A stretch of DNA of 64,000 bases, taken from positions 51,088,001 through 51,152,000 of the forward strand of contig NW_025964223.1 in assembly GCF_023055435.1 (NCBI RefSeq). Direction: 5' to 3'. The first letter of the stretch is position 1. Each line of letters starts with the position of its first letter. The notes beneath the pieces are model-generated. The model ran no database searches. It saw nothing but the letters and a program-made list of their open reading frames with translations, and was not told the origin of the DNA. A program made the position numbers and the translations under genes. Source of the stretch: Haliotis rufescens. Taxonomy: Eukaryota. Below, in pieces: positions 25,086-38,736 of the stretch.

Positions 25086-28000
25086 ATGAGTGGACACGAG
25101 GACAAAGACCATGATCCCCCGGGGACATCAAAGGAAGCAGAGGTAGGGACACCCGTTGTAAACTAAAACTGTCAAGACGTTAGGAGTAGTTTTAGTCATA
25201 TAGTAAAATGTTGGTGTAACGATTTCCAAGGGACCATTAAAGGTATGGATAACAACGATTCATGGCCATAATATTCCTTTTCAGTACTACAACGAACTTC
25301 TAAATGCCTGTCATCCGACATATCCGAAATTCATTACTCCCGAAACTAGAGAATATATTCGCAATCTCGGATTGAAATGGAAACTGAAAACGTGAACCAA
25401 ATTATCACAAAAGCGAAATCAATATTAAGTAATAATATATTAAGTATGTTCAGTATAATTTCTCAAAATAAATGTTTTTCAAAGTCTGTAATGTTTGGCT
25501 TGACCAAAGGTGGGAGGGTCTATATCCGCATTTCCGTAGATTTAACAAGGATAGAGTCTTAAAAGGGAGCGACAAATAAAGGAATATTCTTAGAAGTGAC
25601 ATTCGTAGATATAGAACGTCAGCACTAGAGAATATACAATCTCGATTATCAACCGAAACAGATTCCATTGGGCGTAAAAGGAAAAATAGAGGGTGAAACA
25701 TATGAATGGATCACTGGAAACCACTGAGGACACCAGGTGTTCCCGAAAAGGGTGAGCATGTGTCCCTATGGGTAGCACCCGCCACACACAAAATTTGCAA
25801 AAGAAAGTAAGTGTTTAGTGTAAGTGTAAGTGTTAATTCGTTTGTTAGTTACACACATAAAGGACTCACTATTCTATTCACTAGGCCGGTGTTACCGCGT
25901 AACTTGTAATAAGGCGGTAAATTGTAACAAACTGTGGTGAATTGTAATAACACTACGGTATTATGTAATACTATAGTGAACTGACATACAAACTGCAGTA
26001 AACTGTAATAACTACACTACGGTGAATTGTAATTATAACTGAAACTGAATTGTGGTAATCCCTGACGCAAATTGTAATAAAATAGTATTCATGTGGTAGT
26101 ATACAATGAAATTAGATAGACTTCGATTTACAGTATTTGTTCGACTTACAAATAGCCCATTTCAGACTGAGAGTGAGTGAGTGAGTATGGTTTTACGCAG
26201 TTTCTAGCAATATTCCAGCAATATCCCGGCGTAGGGACACCAGAATGGACTTCTCACATTGTACCCATGAGGAAAATGGAAGCCAGGCCTTCTGCGTGAC
26301 GAGCAAAAGCTTTAACCACCAGGCCACCCAACCGCCCCTTACACTGAGAAGCAGGTGCGGTACATTGTAACCTTTGACGTAAATTGTAATCAACTGCGGT
26401 GAATTCTAATACTATCTCTCATTCTTTGAGATACAAAAGAAATTTGACTTCCAATTTTAACCACCACCATGTAAAAAACCCAACACTTTTGAGTAATTTC
26501 CTCCATTGCTCTCATTCAAACTGGTATGGTATTATTCATTGTCACCCAATGTCTGCCCTACATGAAACGTCTGTAGTTGTTCCAGATGACAAGGGCTCAA
26601 ATAAGATAACCTTTATATGTTAGCAATCCTGCACGAATTGTTTGATCTTAGAGCTTGGTATAAGTGACAAATCAAATAATGTCACAGGTAAGGCCAGTAT
26701 GCTAAAGTGCAAGTATCATGAAAAATAGTTGTTGATTTTTTCTTACATCATGATGTAGCCGGTATTATGAACAATACGACGACAGAGAAAAACAGTCCGA
26801 AAATGTAAAATTAGAGCTGTTGTGCTTAATTAAAGGTACCTATTTTGAAATCTGTATTTGTAACAAGCCAAACGAATCTTAAAAACGCAAACGAAGAGGC
26901 ATGGCTAATTAGCAGCACCGGCTATGCCTGCAAGCTGTTTGGGTATTACCACCGGTCGGGTACTGAATATACGCACGCCGTGATATAACTGGAATACTGT
27001 TAAAAGCGGCGTTAAACCCAACTCACTCACTCACTCACTCACTCACTCACCCAGAATATACGCGATCGTTTAATTAGTTGTCGGGAGAACTGTGTTGTAT
27101 CTACAATACATGTATGGATTCCATGTATGTCAAATGTATGGCTCGCGAGCGCTTGTCAAGTAACCTTGATTTAACATTAAATATATAATTATAATTGTAA
27201 GCTATTTTCATTTTCAATTTGATGACCTCATTAATTGTAAATGGCCTTGGTCACATTTCCGTTGTTGAAAGAAAAAGGAGTACATTTTAATCCTTTAATT
27301 AAACTCACGCGAAGGAAAGTGCAGTGTACAAATGGTCATTGTTTAATTGTGGACAGGAGAATGTCTAAGGGGTAAAAAATGGTGAATAATAGGTTTGCTT
27401 TCCCGAGAACATGTGCAGTCGACCATGACAGTGAACAGAGGCTTGCCTGCTGGAGGGTGAACGGTGGGGCGGGCTTGTGCGTTCAAGCGTGTAACCATGG
27501 AGGACATTTCCTCCAACAAGACCATATTTGGAGCCTCTATATACAAAGACTCCGCCTCCGCTGTATTTTCGTTTCACCCTTTGAAATAAATAGACAGGAC
27601 TAAAATGCAAAGATACCATATTATGTGCCGCTTTCGAATGTTTCGAATTCGATATTTGCATTAACGATGTTACGATCTATTCAACTCTGAAAAATTGTAA
27701 ATACCCTTGAGACTTGCATTACAAATGAAGAAGAAATCTTCCAAAAGCACACATTAGTACTTGGCTTGACTCTAAAACTTGAACAGATGTCCATTACTCC
27801 TTTTCGCTGGCTACAAAAGCTCCATAAAAAACAGTTTCATGTAATCAATCCATGTCTTCAGTCAATTTTCAACAATTCTGAAGAAACCTAGATTCGCTCA
27901 TTGCAACGTTTGTCAAAATACCATTTTCAGCGACACACGAGTGAGTGAGTCAGTATTGTTTTCCGCCGCTTTTCGCAATATTCCAGCAAAATCACGGCGG

Positions 28001-31000
28001 GGGACACCAGAAATGGGCTTCACGCATTGTACCCATGTGGGGAATCGAACCCGGGTATTCGACGTGTGAAGAGCGAACACTTTAACCACTAGGCTACCCC
28101 ACCGCCGAGTAAAACATGAACACTGCTTCAACAAATTTTGTGCCGTGGAAAAAGTTTAAAGTCATAAGGGATGTGTCTGATTGTAATGTCTTGGTGCGTC
28201 AACTATTCTTTCACTGACATCAACTTTACTTTAATACTTGTAGTGGATGGTTTATCTTGAATATAGGAGTAGGTCGTTTGACCAGGATCCTGGCCGGCTA
28301 AGGGACACAACTTAGGGACAGAACAGCGAATTGTGCCACCGAAGACCACTCGATCACCTGATTTTTTGTCTCCTTGTGAAGGATGTGTTTTCATATTTCA
28401 GGAATTTACAATGGACCATGGCACTGGCCAAACACTGACCATCCCGACAGCCGATGCGGTTGTGGATCCGCGTGATGGGGGAAAGGCATGGTGCTCAGTA
28501 TTTGTTGTTGTGATTTTAACATCTTTGATGGAAGCGCTCATCGTTCTTCAGCAACCAACTCTATTCTATATGAAAAATACAAATATCTCATCTGGAGGCG
28601 ACTGGAGACAGTTGTTATTATCATCTAACCCGCCAGCCGATGTTCTGACAGTAGTGGACACGTACAAGGCTCTGTTTTCCATATCAGGTATGCCATGGAT
28701 ATAAATAATTTTATCATAAAATGGGTAGGTGTCTCGGCAGGATAAAGCCAACTGATAAAAACGGTATATGTGAAGGTCATATACGGATAACGATGCAAAT
28801 ATCAAAGGTCAGGAAGGTACTTCTTTCAATGTTTACAAAGAAACATGTCGTCGCCCATGTCAATCGGCGATCGAGTCAGAATTAACCATCGGGAATTTGG
28901 AGATATTACAAGGATAATTTCCATCACTATCAAAACATTAGTCAAAGATACTGACAATCAGTGTCCAAGTGGGAAGTAGCCAAGGCATTTTAAAAAATTT
29001 GGCAACTTTGAAGATATAAATTGCGAAACAAGTTAGCGATGCCGAGGATACTATCCTTGCGGGATCAGTTTCTATACCTCCGCGGCTTGGGGAGTTTTCC
29101 CCAATTTAAAACAGTTGCATTTGGCCTAAATGTGTCCGATTATTTGCCTTGTTTCATTTTATCGCTGTGTGTACATCAGCCTCAGCACCTCGTAACGTTG
29201 TGGCAGGGTAGGCAGACTCTAAACAAACGTGACGTCTCATGCACTGAGGTTAGGGTAACTTCCCTTTGATAAAGGGCAGTTACTTTAGCGGGTGAACCGA
29301 TGAAACACTGTGTAGGCAATTCTTATTTTGCCTATATGTTATTACGCCACTGTCTAAGAAACAGGTTTCAGTTGGAACTATTTTGACTGTTGTCACTGCC
29401 CGATTGACAAATCATTGAATTTTTCTGACGTAATATATATTATACGCGCATTCCGGGGAAACCTGCAATATTTACTTAATGTGTATGAGAGATGAGAACA
29501 GGTTTGGCGACGACTGAATTTAAGAATGACATTATGTGAAGGTGAGGTTATCACGCGTGTGTGTTTTTGGGTAGAATGGGTGATAACATCCATATGCCAT
29601 GCACACCAGATATTGCTCAAGTGTGGAATATTACACTGGCGGCTTTCTGTAGTGAGTGAGTGAGTGAGTGAGGGTGGGTTTCCGCCGCTTTTACCAATAT
29701 TCCAGCACTATCAACGGCGAGGGAAACCAGAAATGGGCTTCACGCATTGTACTAATGTCGGGAATCGAACCCGGGTCTTCGGCGTGACGAGCGAACGCTT
29801 TAACCACTAGGCTACCCGACCATCCCCGGCTTTCTGTAGATATAGTTACGTAGCAATTTGTAGCACGTGAATTGAATAGAACATCGCTGGTCATGACGTG
29901 TATGGTTAATTAAGAATTGACAATAAGTTTTGCGTTTATGGAGGCACCCCATTTGTCAGACACCTTAAAATCACAAATGTCACGGTTGACTTCTCCGAAT
30001 GTCCAATACATGTTACCCAAGTGGTAAAATAGATTAGTCCCGATCATACCCCGTTTGTTACACACCTCACGAACATGTAAGACATAATAAACAAATAGGC
30101 GTTAATAGTCACACAAATAATTCAAATAATTTAAGAGTCAACCCAATTTCACAAGACTGCTCACATGATCCAAATACTGCATTGTGGTCTTGGCCCCATG
30201 AGTCAACTGGTCTTTGAGCATGCCGAGGCGGTTGTCTATCTTTCGGGAAAGTCGTCTCCGAGGTGGAGGAACAGCACTAAAGTCGTACTGAACGATTTTC
30301 ACTTTTGACTGCTTTTTCGATTTTCGTCATTATCTTGATGAGACGGAAAAGGTTTAGGTGTCGGCAGGAGAGACTGGCATTCAAACGACTGTTGAAACCT
30401 CAAGGCTGTTATTGGTCCTAGGACCGAATGTCTCATGGTGGTTCCACATTGGAATAGTGAAGAGTGATTCTTCGCCAACCCAGGTGCTGACAATATAGTC
30501 ATTGAAGAGCTCAGCAGACAGCACATCTGGGCAGGTTTCTTAAGGGATGGGAAGACGGGGCAAGACCGAGGCACGACGAATCCACTTCTCAACCTCTGGA
30601 TCATCCCGGTAGTCCTCCGCTAGTCCATGGGTCTGGACTTTCTCCAAACAGCTTGCGCACAAATGATAAAGCATCCTCACATCTGCATCAGGTAACTCGA
30701 TCTGTACCTGCTCGGATGCCAGCGATCTCAGAATATGTCTGGATTTTAGCTGGAGAGAAAGGTTGACCTGCAATACGCTCAACATCTTGAGGTGACTCGG
30801 GAGACGACGATAGGCAGTAATGGTACGACTGGGCTTCAGGGCATGTCCGGTAACAGGCCAAGGGATAATCCTCATCGTGTTTGTTTAAACAATATATATT
30901 CGTACATTCGGCATTTGTTTACTATAAAATATAGAATAAACAATTGATAAAAAGAATGAACACTGTATAAAATATGGTCGTATTTGTCCAATTCCACATT

Positions 31001-34000
31001 TAACATTTCCATTTACACAATTCACAGTCTGACTAGATGTGAAACAGCATTGTCAAAATGATAATAGTTCTGTGGTTTCTGGTGTGCAAGAAGTCGTCAC
31101 TTCTCCCTCTCAAGGTCATGGTCTAGGTGTCGATACTTCTTCTTCTCGGGTTGCATCAAACAAACTGGACTGTGATCACAGTATTATTCTGCTCAACCTG
31201 CAGTATCTCAATGAATTTGTACAAATTTGGAAGCCACCCCTAGAGGTGACTTGAGGCGTCGTCCCACTGCTCAGAGACATGTACTCTTGGTTCGTGACAA
31301 AGTCAACTCTTAGGGGAGGGAATAAACTTTCAATCAAACTGACCATTTGTCCTCAGTGGAAAACTGTTTCTTGGCTGTCTGTGACTCCTTTTAGAGCCCA
31401 AATCGTACTAAATAATTAATATGTTCACCCACTCACTGCTATACATTTTAAAAGTTTTCACCTAGTACAGTGTATGTGAAAAGAGATATTCACCAACTGT
31501 CTTTATGTGTGAGGCGCCCCTTAATCTCTTATATATTTTTTTTATTAAATCGAGTTAATCAAATAAAAGGCCTTAGTTAATTGTTGCATATGTTTGATAG
31601 AACATATGATCAATGTTGCTTAATTCATTAATCGCGTTACAGGACTACTAAGCGGCATTCTGACGGTCCTGACTGGTTGCCGGTGGATGGCGCTGATCGG
31701 AAGTGTTCTGACGGCCGTGGGGTATCTCGGAGCAGCGTTTAGTGATCTTTCCAATGTCCCTCTCATCTCCTTCCTCTACGGGGCTCTGCCAGGTTAGCTC
31801 TGTCCAATAGTATGGAATAAAAACATACAACCCTCATACATACGCATTTGAATTCAATACAGAGGTCACTTTTGTTTATTTTCCCTGATTGTGTTTCTAA
31901 ATTTGTCACCTCCATACTCCTGCTATGTTCACAAAAGTTGTAAACCTATGAGACTTGCATCATTTAATCTGGAACATAATTATAGATTTGATGTAAGAAT
32001 TTAACATATTCTGTTAAGATCGTCCATAGTCCTATTGTCATATTCTCAGGTATCGGCCATAACCTAATTGTAGTGGCAAACATCACGGCAATACTGCAGC
32101 GTTTAAGAAGGCGCCGACTGGTGGCTCTACTCATCCCTCATGCTGGTGCGACCCTTGGATCCACGGCTGTTAACTTGATGTTACAATCTGGATCCCTTGG
32201 CATCAACAGCTGGAAGGGTTATCTGCTCTTGCAAGCGGGTGCTGCCAGTTTTATGATTCCGGCTAGCCTCTTTCTGAAACCACGGAATGCCAGAAAAACA
32301 GGCCAAGCCAATCAAAGCCTTTTATCTTATGTGATGGGTATGGATGAGCTGAAGGTTTTCCGATCGATTCTGCTCTACGTCTTCGCTGCGGTCTGTTGCC
32401 TGTGGGACGGAGGTAGGAGCCACACGGACATACAATAAAATATGTGTATTACACGTATTCTGTGTTACGTCTTCTTGTGTTTCATCAATAACCTTGAAAT
32501 GTCTACTTTGATATGAACATTTTTCTTTGCGACGCCCTGTAGAGCTAACCACCTAGCTCTTTCTCCAAAGGGACGCAAAATTGCCAAAATGTCATGGATA
32601 TCACACCGAAATATTTCTGTCGCTACGTAACAATGAGGACCTTCTCCTTGCATTGGTCATCTTTCATCCTTGATACTTTGTGTTATTTCCATCCACCTGC
32701 TTAAATGAACAGTGTCCTCAGGAAGAATTTCTTTTATTTGAAGGTATCAGTGTCATTGAGGCCAAACTTCCGAGCTTCAAGGATCAACTCTGGTTCCTGC
32801 CCGCTGGTAGACTGGTAAACATCATATTGCTGGCCAGTCTCTTGGGCACGTGCTTCTCATGTTGTATCTCCAGTAATATCAGTCTGAGGAGTGTGGTCAT
32901 TGCGATGGTCGTCGTCAGTGGCATCCTGTTCCTTCTCAGCATGACGGCCAGTCTGTTGTATGACTTCATCTATGCCATCTGCTATTCCATACTAGTCGGA
33001 GTGATAAAAGGTAAAGAACTCATGTCTGGTCAAAAGAGGCCTGTGTAAATTATAAAGGTTGTCTAGAGGCACATATGGCTCATTTGTCTAAAGCGTTGGA
33101 GTTTCAAGCCACTTAATCAAAGCCAGAATTGTAATCGCACTGTTTATGACCATAGAAAAGATCAATTGAAACCAACTGAAAAGAAAACTAACCCGTGGTT
33201 GTTATTACCACGTCACAGGTCTAGGAAAACCTTTGCTGGAGTATTTGATTCCGCTGCTTCTCGGGGAGAACAACGCTGCCGTCGGCGCAGCCATCATGAC
33301 TTTTGGTCAGGGCATTGGAAGCCTGTCGATGCCAGCCATTGCCAGTAAGCACAAGATTACTACTCTCATTTTGATAGAGCTGTTTGGTTAATCATTGCAT
33401 AATAACGATATTCCTACAAACAGATCAGCAGTCTGTTATCGCGTTCCATACAAAGCAAGCAAACAGAACGATGATGTTTCAGATCGAAAAGTGAACGTAC
33501 AGTTGCATTGTGGTAATACTGTGTATCCTGTTAATGTGTTTACAGTGCAATTTGTCAAAGGTTTTGGTTCATAATTCACTTCGTTAATTTATTAAACACT
33601 GGGGTTTACACTGATGAATCTTGTGTCCACTGCCTGAATTATGAGACAATGGACGTAATTCCTATGATCACCTTAATGATCCGGACCTGTCGAGATTTTC
33701 GGTACTAGAATCCTTTCAATATCAAACCTTTTATAAGGCACCAACCATTTGATAGAGGTTGGGGTGAGTCTTTGGGGAGATTGTTCCAGAAAATACTGGA
33801 AAATAATATTTTTCTAAAAATTTAAGAAACGCCCCCCAGTGGCCGGTTCATTTTCTCTATCGAAAAGATATCTTTACCTCCAGATCTCTGCAGGTTCAGC
33901 ATCAACAATGTGATCTAATGTCCCAAACTACAGATAATCCCATTGACTTCGAGTTAACCATGTTTAACTGTTGGTTTAAGCAAGACTGTTCAACCCTGTA

Positions 34001-34335
34001 TCCACTGCTGTGTAGTAGAATGTCATCACCTGACGATAAAGAGTGAATCGTGTTGACTAATGCTCGTCAGTTGTAATGCAATATCTACCACCGTTGGTTT
34101 CCCACAATGAAGTATCTTCCTGCCTTATGTTGCAGATGAAATCGAAAACTCGATGAAAAAAGTTGACGGATGTTTCTACTTCGCTGGGGTTATCTTCTTC
34201 CTCTCAGCTTCCTTCATCATCTTCTCCTACCGCCTACACCTGCGTGTGACGACATTGGTGGTAACCATGGACCACCCAGATGAAAAGTCCACTCAGGAAC
34301 CACAGTGCAGTGGGGTTGACATGGAAAAATTCTGA
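25086..34335 (+). CDS. SLC16/monocarboxylate-transporter-like MFS protein, copy C (7 coding exons, 482 aa)
   Basis: Exons 25086-25142 (MSGHEDKDHDPPGTSKEAE), 28402-28687 (DPRDGGKAW), 31643-31792, 32050-32412 (LRRRRLVAL), 32744-33010, 33219-33344, 34136-34335. GT-AG sites, 1449 nt, open to TGA. An extra in-frame ATG at 25068 is not conserved in copy D. Confidence 0.88.
25880..26085. repeat. Degenerate ~21-bp minisatellite (AATTGTAATAA core)
   Basis: Repeated (G/A)AATTGTAA(T/C)AA motifs at about 20-25 bp spacing; continues after the SINE at 26360-26410. Confidence 0.55.
26170..26337 (-). mobile_element. SINE family B copy
   Basis: (GAGT)n on + and reverse complement of the family B body. Confidence 0.8.
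27938..28105 (-). mobile_element. SINE family B copy
   Basis: Contains GGGAATCGAACCCGGG (B box on minus strand). Confidence 0.85.
29652..29827 (-). mobile_element. SINE family B copy
   Basis: TSD GGCTTTCTGTAG on both sides. Confidence 0.85.
30130..30875 (-). mobile_element. MULE/Mutator-like transposase relic in intron 2 of copy C
   Basis: Minus-strand KVQTHGLAEDYRDDPEVEKWIRRASVLP and WNHHETFGPRTNNSLE; RTNNxxE is typical of MULE transposases. Frameshifted. Confidence 0.65.
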
Positions 34336-34977
34336 TGACACAAAGTTGAAGCAACTCAGTTCGGAAAATATGGATAAGTATTTAAAGTGATATTTCACGT
34401 AAATCCGGACATTCGTTGATGTGGACGGAAAAGAAAAGATATCGTTGGTGTGAAAGTCTCGGGCCCATACATAGACAAAAAACATCTACAGAGGTCGTAC
34501 AGATGTCACAAAATGTTAAGACACATTGAGGTAGTATATATTGTTGTACTTCATTATTGGTTTCACGACTATTACATATATGTTCTTCCTACGCGAAAAG
34601 GGATTACCTACTTCGTCACAGCAAACTGTACTTTAACCATCTTTACTTATCATTGAGAGTGTATGAAAGTTATTGTTGTCTGTTTCGTCATTGTAAAGTG
34701 AATGCCCATTTCTGGTGTCCCCCGCCGTGATATTGCTGGAATATTGCTAAAGGCGGCGTAAAATCAAACTCACCCAGTCACTTCTTTTTGCTTTTAGTAA
34801 TTTTTTCAAATATCTTTCGCCTGTTAATCTTTCACATGAGTGTTATGACATCGCTGTAGTTCACCTCAGCTTAAGTGATATCATGTGCATCCACGTAGTT
34901 GTCTTCACATGGAAACGATGGTCGAGGTAACATCAATGTTTGGTTGATGCAATTACAAAATGAGTCACAATATGAAT

Positions 34978-35240
34978 AGTGAGTGAGTGAGTGAGCTGGG
35001 TTTAACGCCGCTTTTAACATTATTCCAGTCATATCACGGCGTGTCAGCTTAATGTGGGAGGATAGCCCGAACTGATGCAAGTCTCAGACGTTTACCACTT
35101 CGGGGGGAAACCCTGACAAACCTAGAAACTATTCGGGGCGAACCGGGATTCGAACCCACAATCATAGGTTTCTGGCGTGGCCAAGGGACGCAACTCTGCA
35201 CAGCGAATCGCGCCGCGTTAGACGGCTGGGCCACCCGTGT
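34978..35240 (-). mobile_element. SINE family D copy
   Basis: Matches the family D head and tail. Confidence 0.85.
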
Positions 35241-35619
35241 CCATGTCATATATATTAACAGACACAACATTGAGGCACTTGGTACCAATAACCAGATAAT
35301 AAGTGATTATCATTGATTTGTATCGAGTATCATATCTGTGCTGAGTAGGCACCATTGAATTAAATGTTTGTCATAGTTGCCTCAATCTGCAATATTTTCA
35401 AAGAGGCTAAATGTTTTCAGAGAGCAAACTAGTTTTTTTTCGGCGAAATATAGAATATCAGTTTTATGTTCTTCAACGAATGGACAGAAATATCACAGGA
35501 ATACGGTCAGTGTTACAAATCACAATATAATGGCAGTGCTTTGAATTAACATGACTTTCCAAAGAGAAAAGGTTACTCGCGTTTTTTAATACTTGTGAGC
35601 ATCACGATCAAACAGTGAT

Positions 35620-36500
35620 GATACCAGGTTTTTGCAGGTGAGCATAACCTACCCCCACCTATGGCACCCGTCACAAACACATGCAAAGGGAAGTCAACTG
35701 TTCCCCTGCAAAAAAAACAACACGGGAACGTATGCGTCAAATATGGACCTCCACATATTTACCATAAAACCTTTTAAAAGCTTCACTGATGCCATGAATA
35801 ATGTAACCCTCATCAAGCAACATTTGATGTCAAAAAGGGAATTGCATCATTTTTGTCACTGGTGCCTTACATTTGAAAATGACCTCCACATGTCTACCAG
35901 AAAACGTTTTGAAAGCTTTACTGAGGCCTTGAGTTTCATCACCTTGATCAAACACCGTTTCAGCAAGAGCCGTATGGCGCTCTTTGGAATCTTGGTAGAA
36001 AGGGCATACTTGATTGTACCGCAAAAGTTATGTAGAAATGTAGACACCAAAGGCTGGAGCTGCTGGAATATTGCGCGACATGAAGGGAAGGTTCACGATT
36101 AGTGTTTTGTCACTCTGAATCTTCATGCATAGATCTAAACATTTTGTTTCTGGTTCAGATGGGTAAATCAGTGGAAGGGAGTTTGCTATTTGATCTTTGT
36201 TGAACGGTAGCAGATCATCGATGTACCAGACGCTTACGTAAAACTTCTTCACTAAATTGCCTTGTTTTGACTTTGGCAATCAAAGCAGAAATTCAGATTC
36301 ATATGCATAAAGAAACAAATATCTAGAAGGGGTGCACAAGTGGTGCCGATGGGAAAGCCTGCTTCCCAACGTTTACAATGATAGTATCAATAAGGAAATC
36401 TAGAATTCCACATATTGTTTTCTCAGTAAACTTCATAAGTCGTTTTTTCGGATAGTTGTTTATCCAGACGAATTAACTTTAAAAAGGAACGTTTGAATCC
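35620..36500 (-). mobile_element. Penelope-like retroelement RT relic
   Basis: Minus-strand GFPIGTTCAP, LFLYAYESEF, WYIDDLL, IYPSE, VNLPFMSRNIPAAPAFGVYIS and FSGRH form the order and motifs of a PLE RT C-terminal half; broken. Confidence 0.8.
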
Positions 36501-38736
36501 ATCGGGTTTGCTTTATATAGTTAACAAATTGTTTTCTGATGTTATCACGATAAGTACACAATTAAAATACAAAATTACATTAGGGCAAGATATTATTGAT
36601 ATTAAACGTTGGCACGGGTGACCGCGCCGTAATTTGTTGAGCAAATTCCAAACCCTAAGATCGTCGGGTCGAATCCCAGAAGACATGCCTGACTTAGGTC
36701 TCATCATGACAGCAAGCTGATCACACGCCGTGATATAACGGAAATATCTTTAAAAGTCGAGGAAAAACAAACTTACTCTTTTTCTCTGAATTTATATCAA
36801 AATGTCTTGTATACATATGTGTATACCGTACGTTTCTTGATTTTTTTTTATCTATGATGGTTTGGTTTAAATTTGGAGCGTTTATACCAACTTCTGATTC
36901 GTTTAAAAAGATTAGTTTACTAGAATGTTAATGAGAGATGAAGTAAATTCAACAATAGCTTAGATACATGTGTCTTTGCTCTTTTTTAAAAAAGTGGTTA
37001 AAGCGTTCACTCGTCACGACGAAGGCCCTAGTTTGATTCCACTGAAAATGTTCAATTTCCTTTTATCCTGAATCATGTATCTTAGACACGCTGGGCTACA
37101 TCTAACAGTTTACAGCAGTGACAAGCCTACATTCAGTATTTGTAAGCAGCCCACACTATGATGGAAAATATATTCCTTGATAGCACATTAAGCTTTGAAA
37201 CTAAAATAGTGTGTGATAAGGCAATCCCTTGTTTCAATCCGCTCATGACGAATGTACAGTGTAATTCCTTTATCCTTGGTTGTTGTCTCGTGGTATTTGT
37301 ATTTTGTAATATCTAATTGTTGCAAGAAGGAATAATTTGCAAGCACCTATCACCAATAAGTTCATAAATATGATGATAATCATCATATAGTTGATTGTCA
37401 GTTTTTTTTTAAAATAACTATTTTCATTTGTTTAAGTCAACCTATACAACCTCGATCTGTGTATTGGTAATTATTCACCAGAAGGAGATAAGTCTGTACA
37501 ATGTAATTATAATACATGTACCTCAACTGTACTGTATTCATATGAGACTCCATGAAAACATTGCCTGCATGCAATGTCACTGTACTGTTGGCCTCACATT
37601 CAAAATAAATGTGTCTCTCTATATTGACAAGTGTAACTCCCATACTGACTTAGTCGTAGCTCTAAGATTACATTGTGAAACTGGGCCTTGGTTAAACACC
37701 GTATGCCCTATTAGGACCAGGAGCTTGCCAATGCAAAATAAAATCTGCTTGTGAATTAGCGAATGAATGCTGATTTACGCCACAAAATTGGGCCAGGCAG
37801 AATAATACTTGACTGTATGAACAATGGCCCAGGTCGTCGGGACACGGTGACAATCGTCCAGATGATATCGTGTAACCTAACCGCCTGATCGTCACCAGGA
37901 GACTCATAGGGCAAGCATGGGGCGCTGGGGACGTATTCTGTCTCGGAATAAACATGAGATGAATAATCGAGAGCTGCGAATCACATAAATATTTGGTAAG
38001 AAGTCACCGTCAGATTAAATTTAGCAAACAAAATAGCAGTTTCCATCTTAAAGTCTCTGTCCTTAGTTCACAAGTACTCTCATAATCATCCTCGTCTGCT
38101 TCTAAAGAACACAGAGCCCCTGGTTGGATTCCTATCAACTCTTTTTTCACCATTTTGGATTGGAAGGGAAAAGTCGTTATCCTTGACGTTTTCCACACAT
38201 GCACACAAGTACCAGTATAGTAACCTTCCTATAAACCTCTGCTCAATCGTCACCTTATTATCACAATGTCATCAAGGGCTTCTGTCACGGTCGTAGCCAC
38301 AGCCTTACGCCGACAACAATGAACGTAACAATGTCAAGCCCCCTGGAGACGAAGTACGGATCAACTGTATATACATATATTCGTCATTTCAGTATTCTGG
38401 AGGTTTTGGTGAACAAGACTAGGAATCCGGTATCCCAAGTCGGTTCAATCATACAGGTCATTTCAATCATACAGGTTTATTCAGTAAATCCTTCAATATT
38501 GAATTGTTCACGTTAGTAGGACCTGCATGATATGAGCAGATAAAGCAATGAGGTCCTCGTGTCTGAGGGAGTTAATAGAAAAACAATAAGTAGCTAGTGT
38601 CCAGAAAGTAAAGAGGTAATCAATGACAAGGCATTGAACAATTAAAATAATATGGTTTCACGATACAACTCTCAGAACAATTTGTTTTAGGTACGCGTGC
38701 AGTGGATAAGGCAGTGTTCTCCTTACAGTGAAGTGG

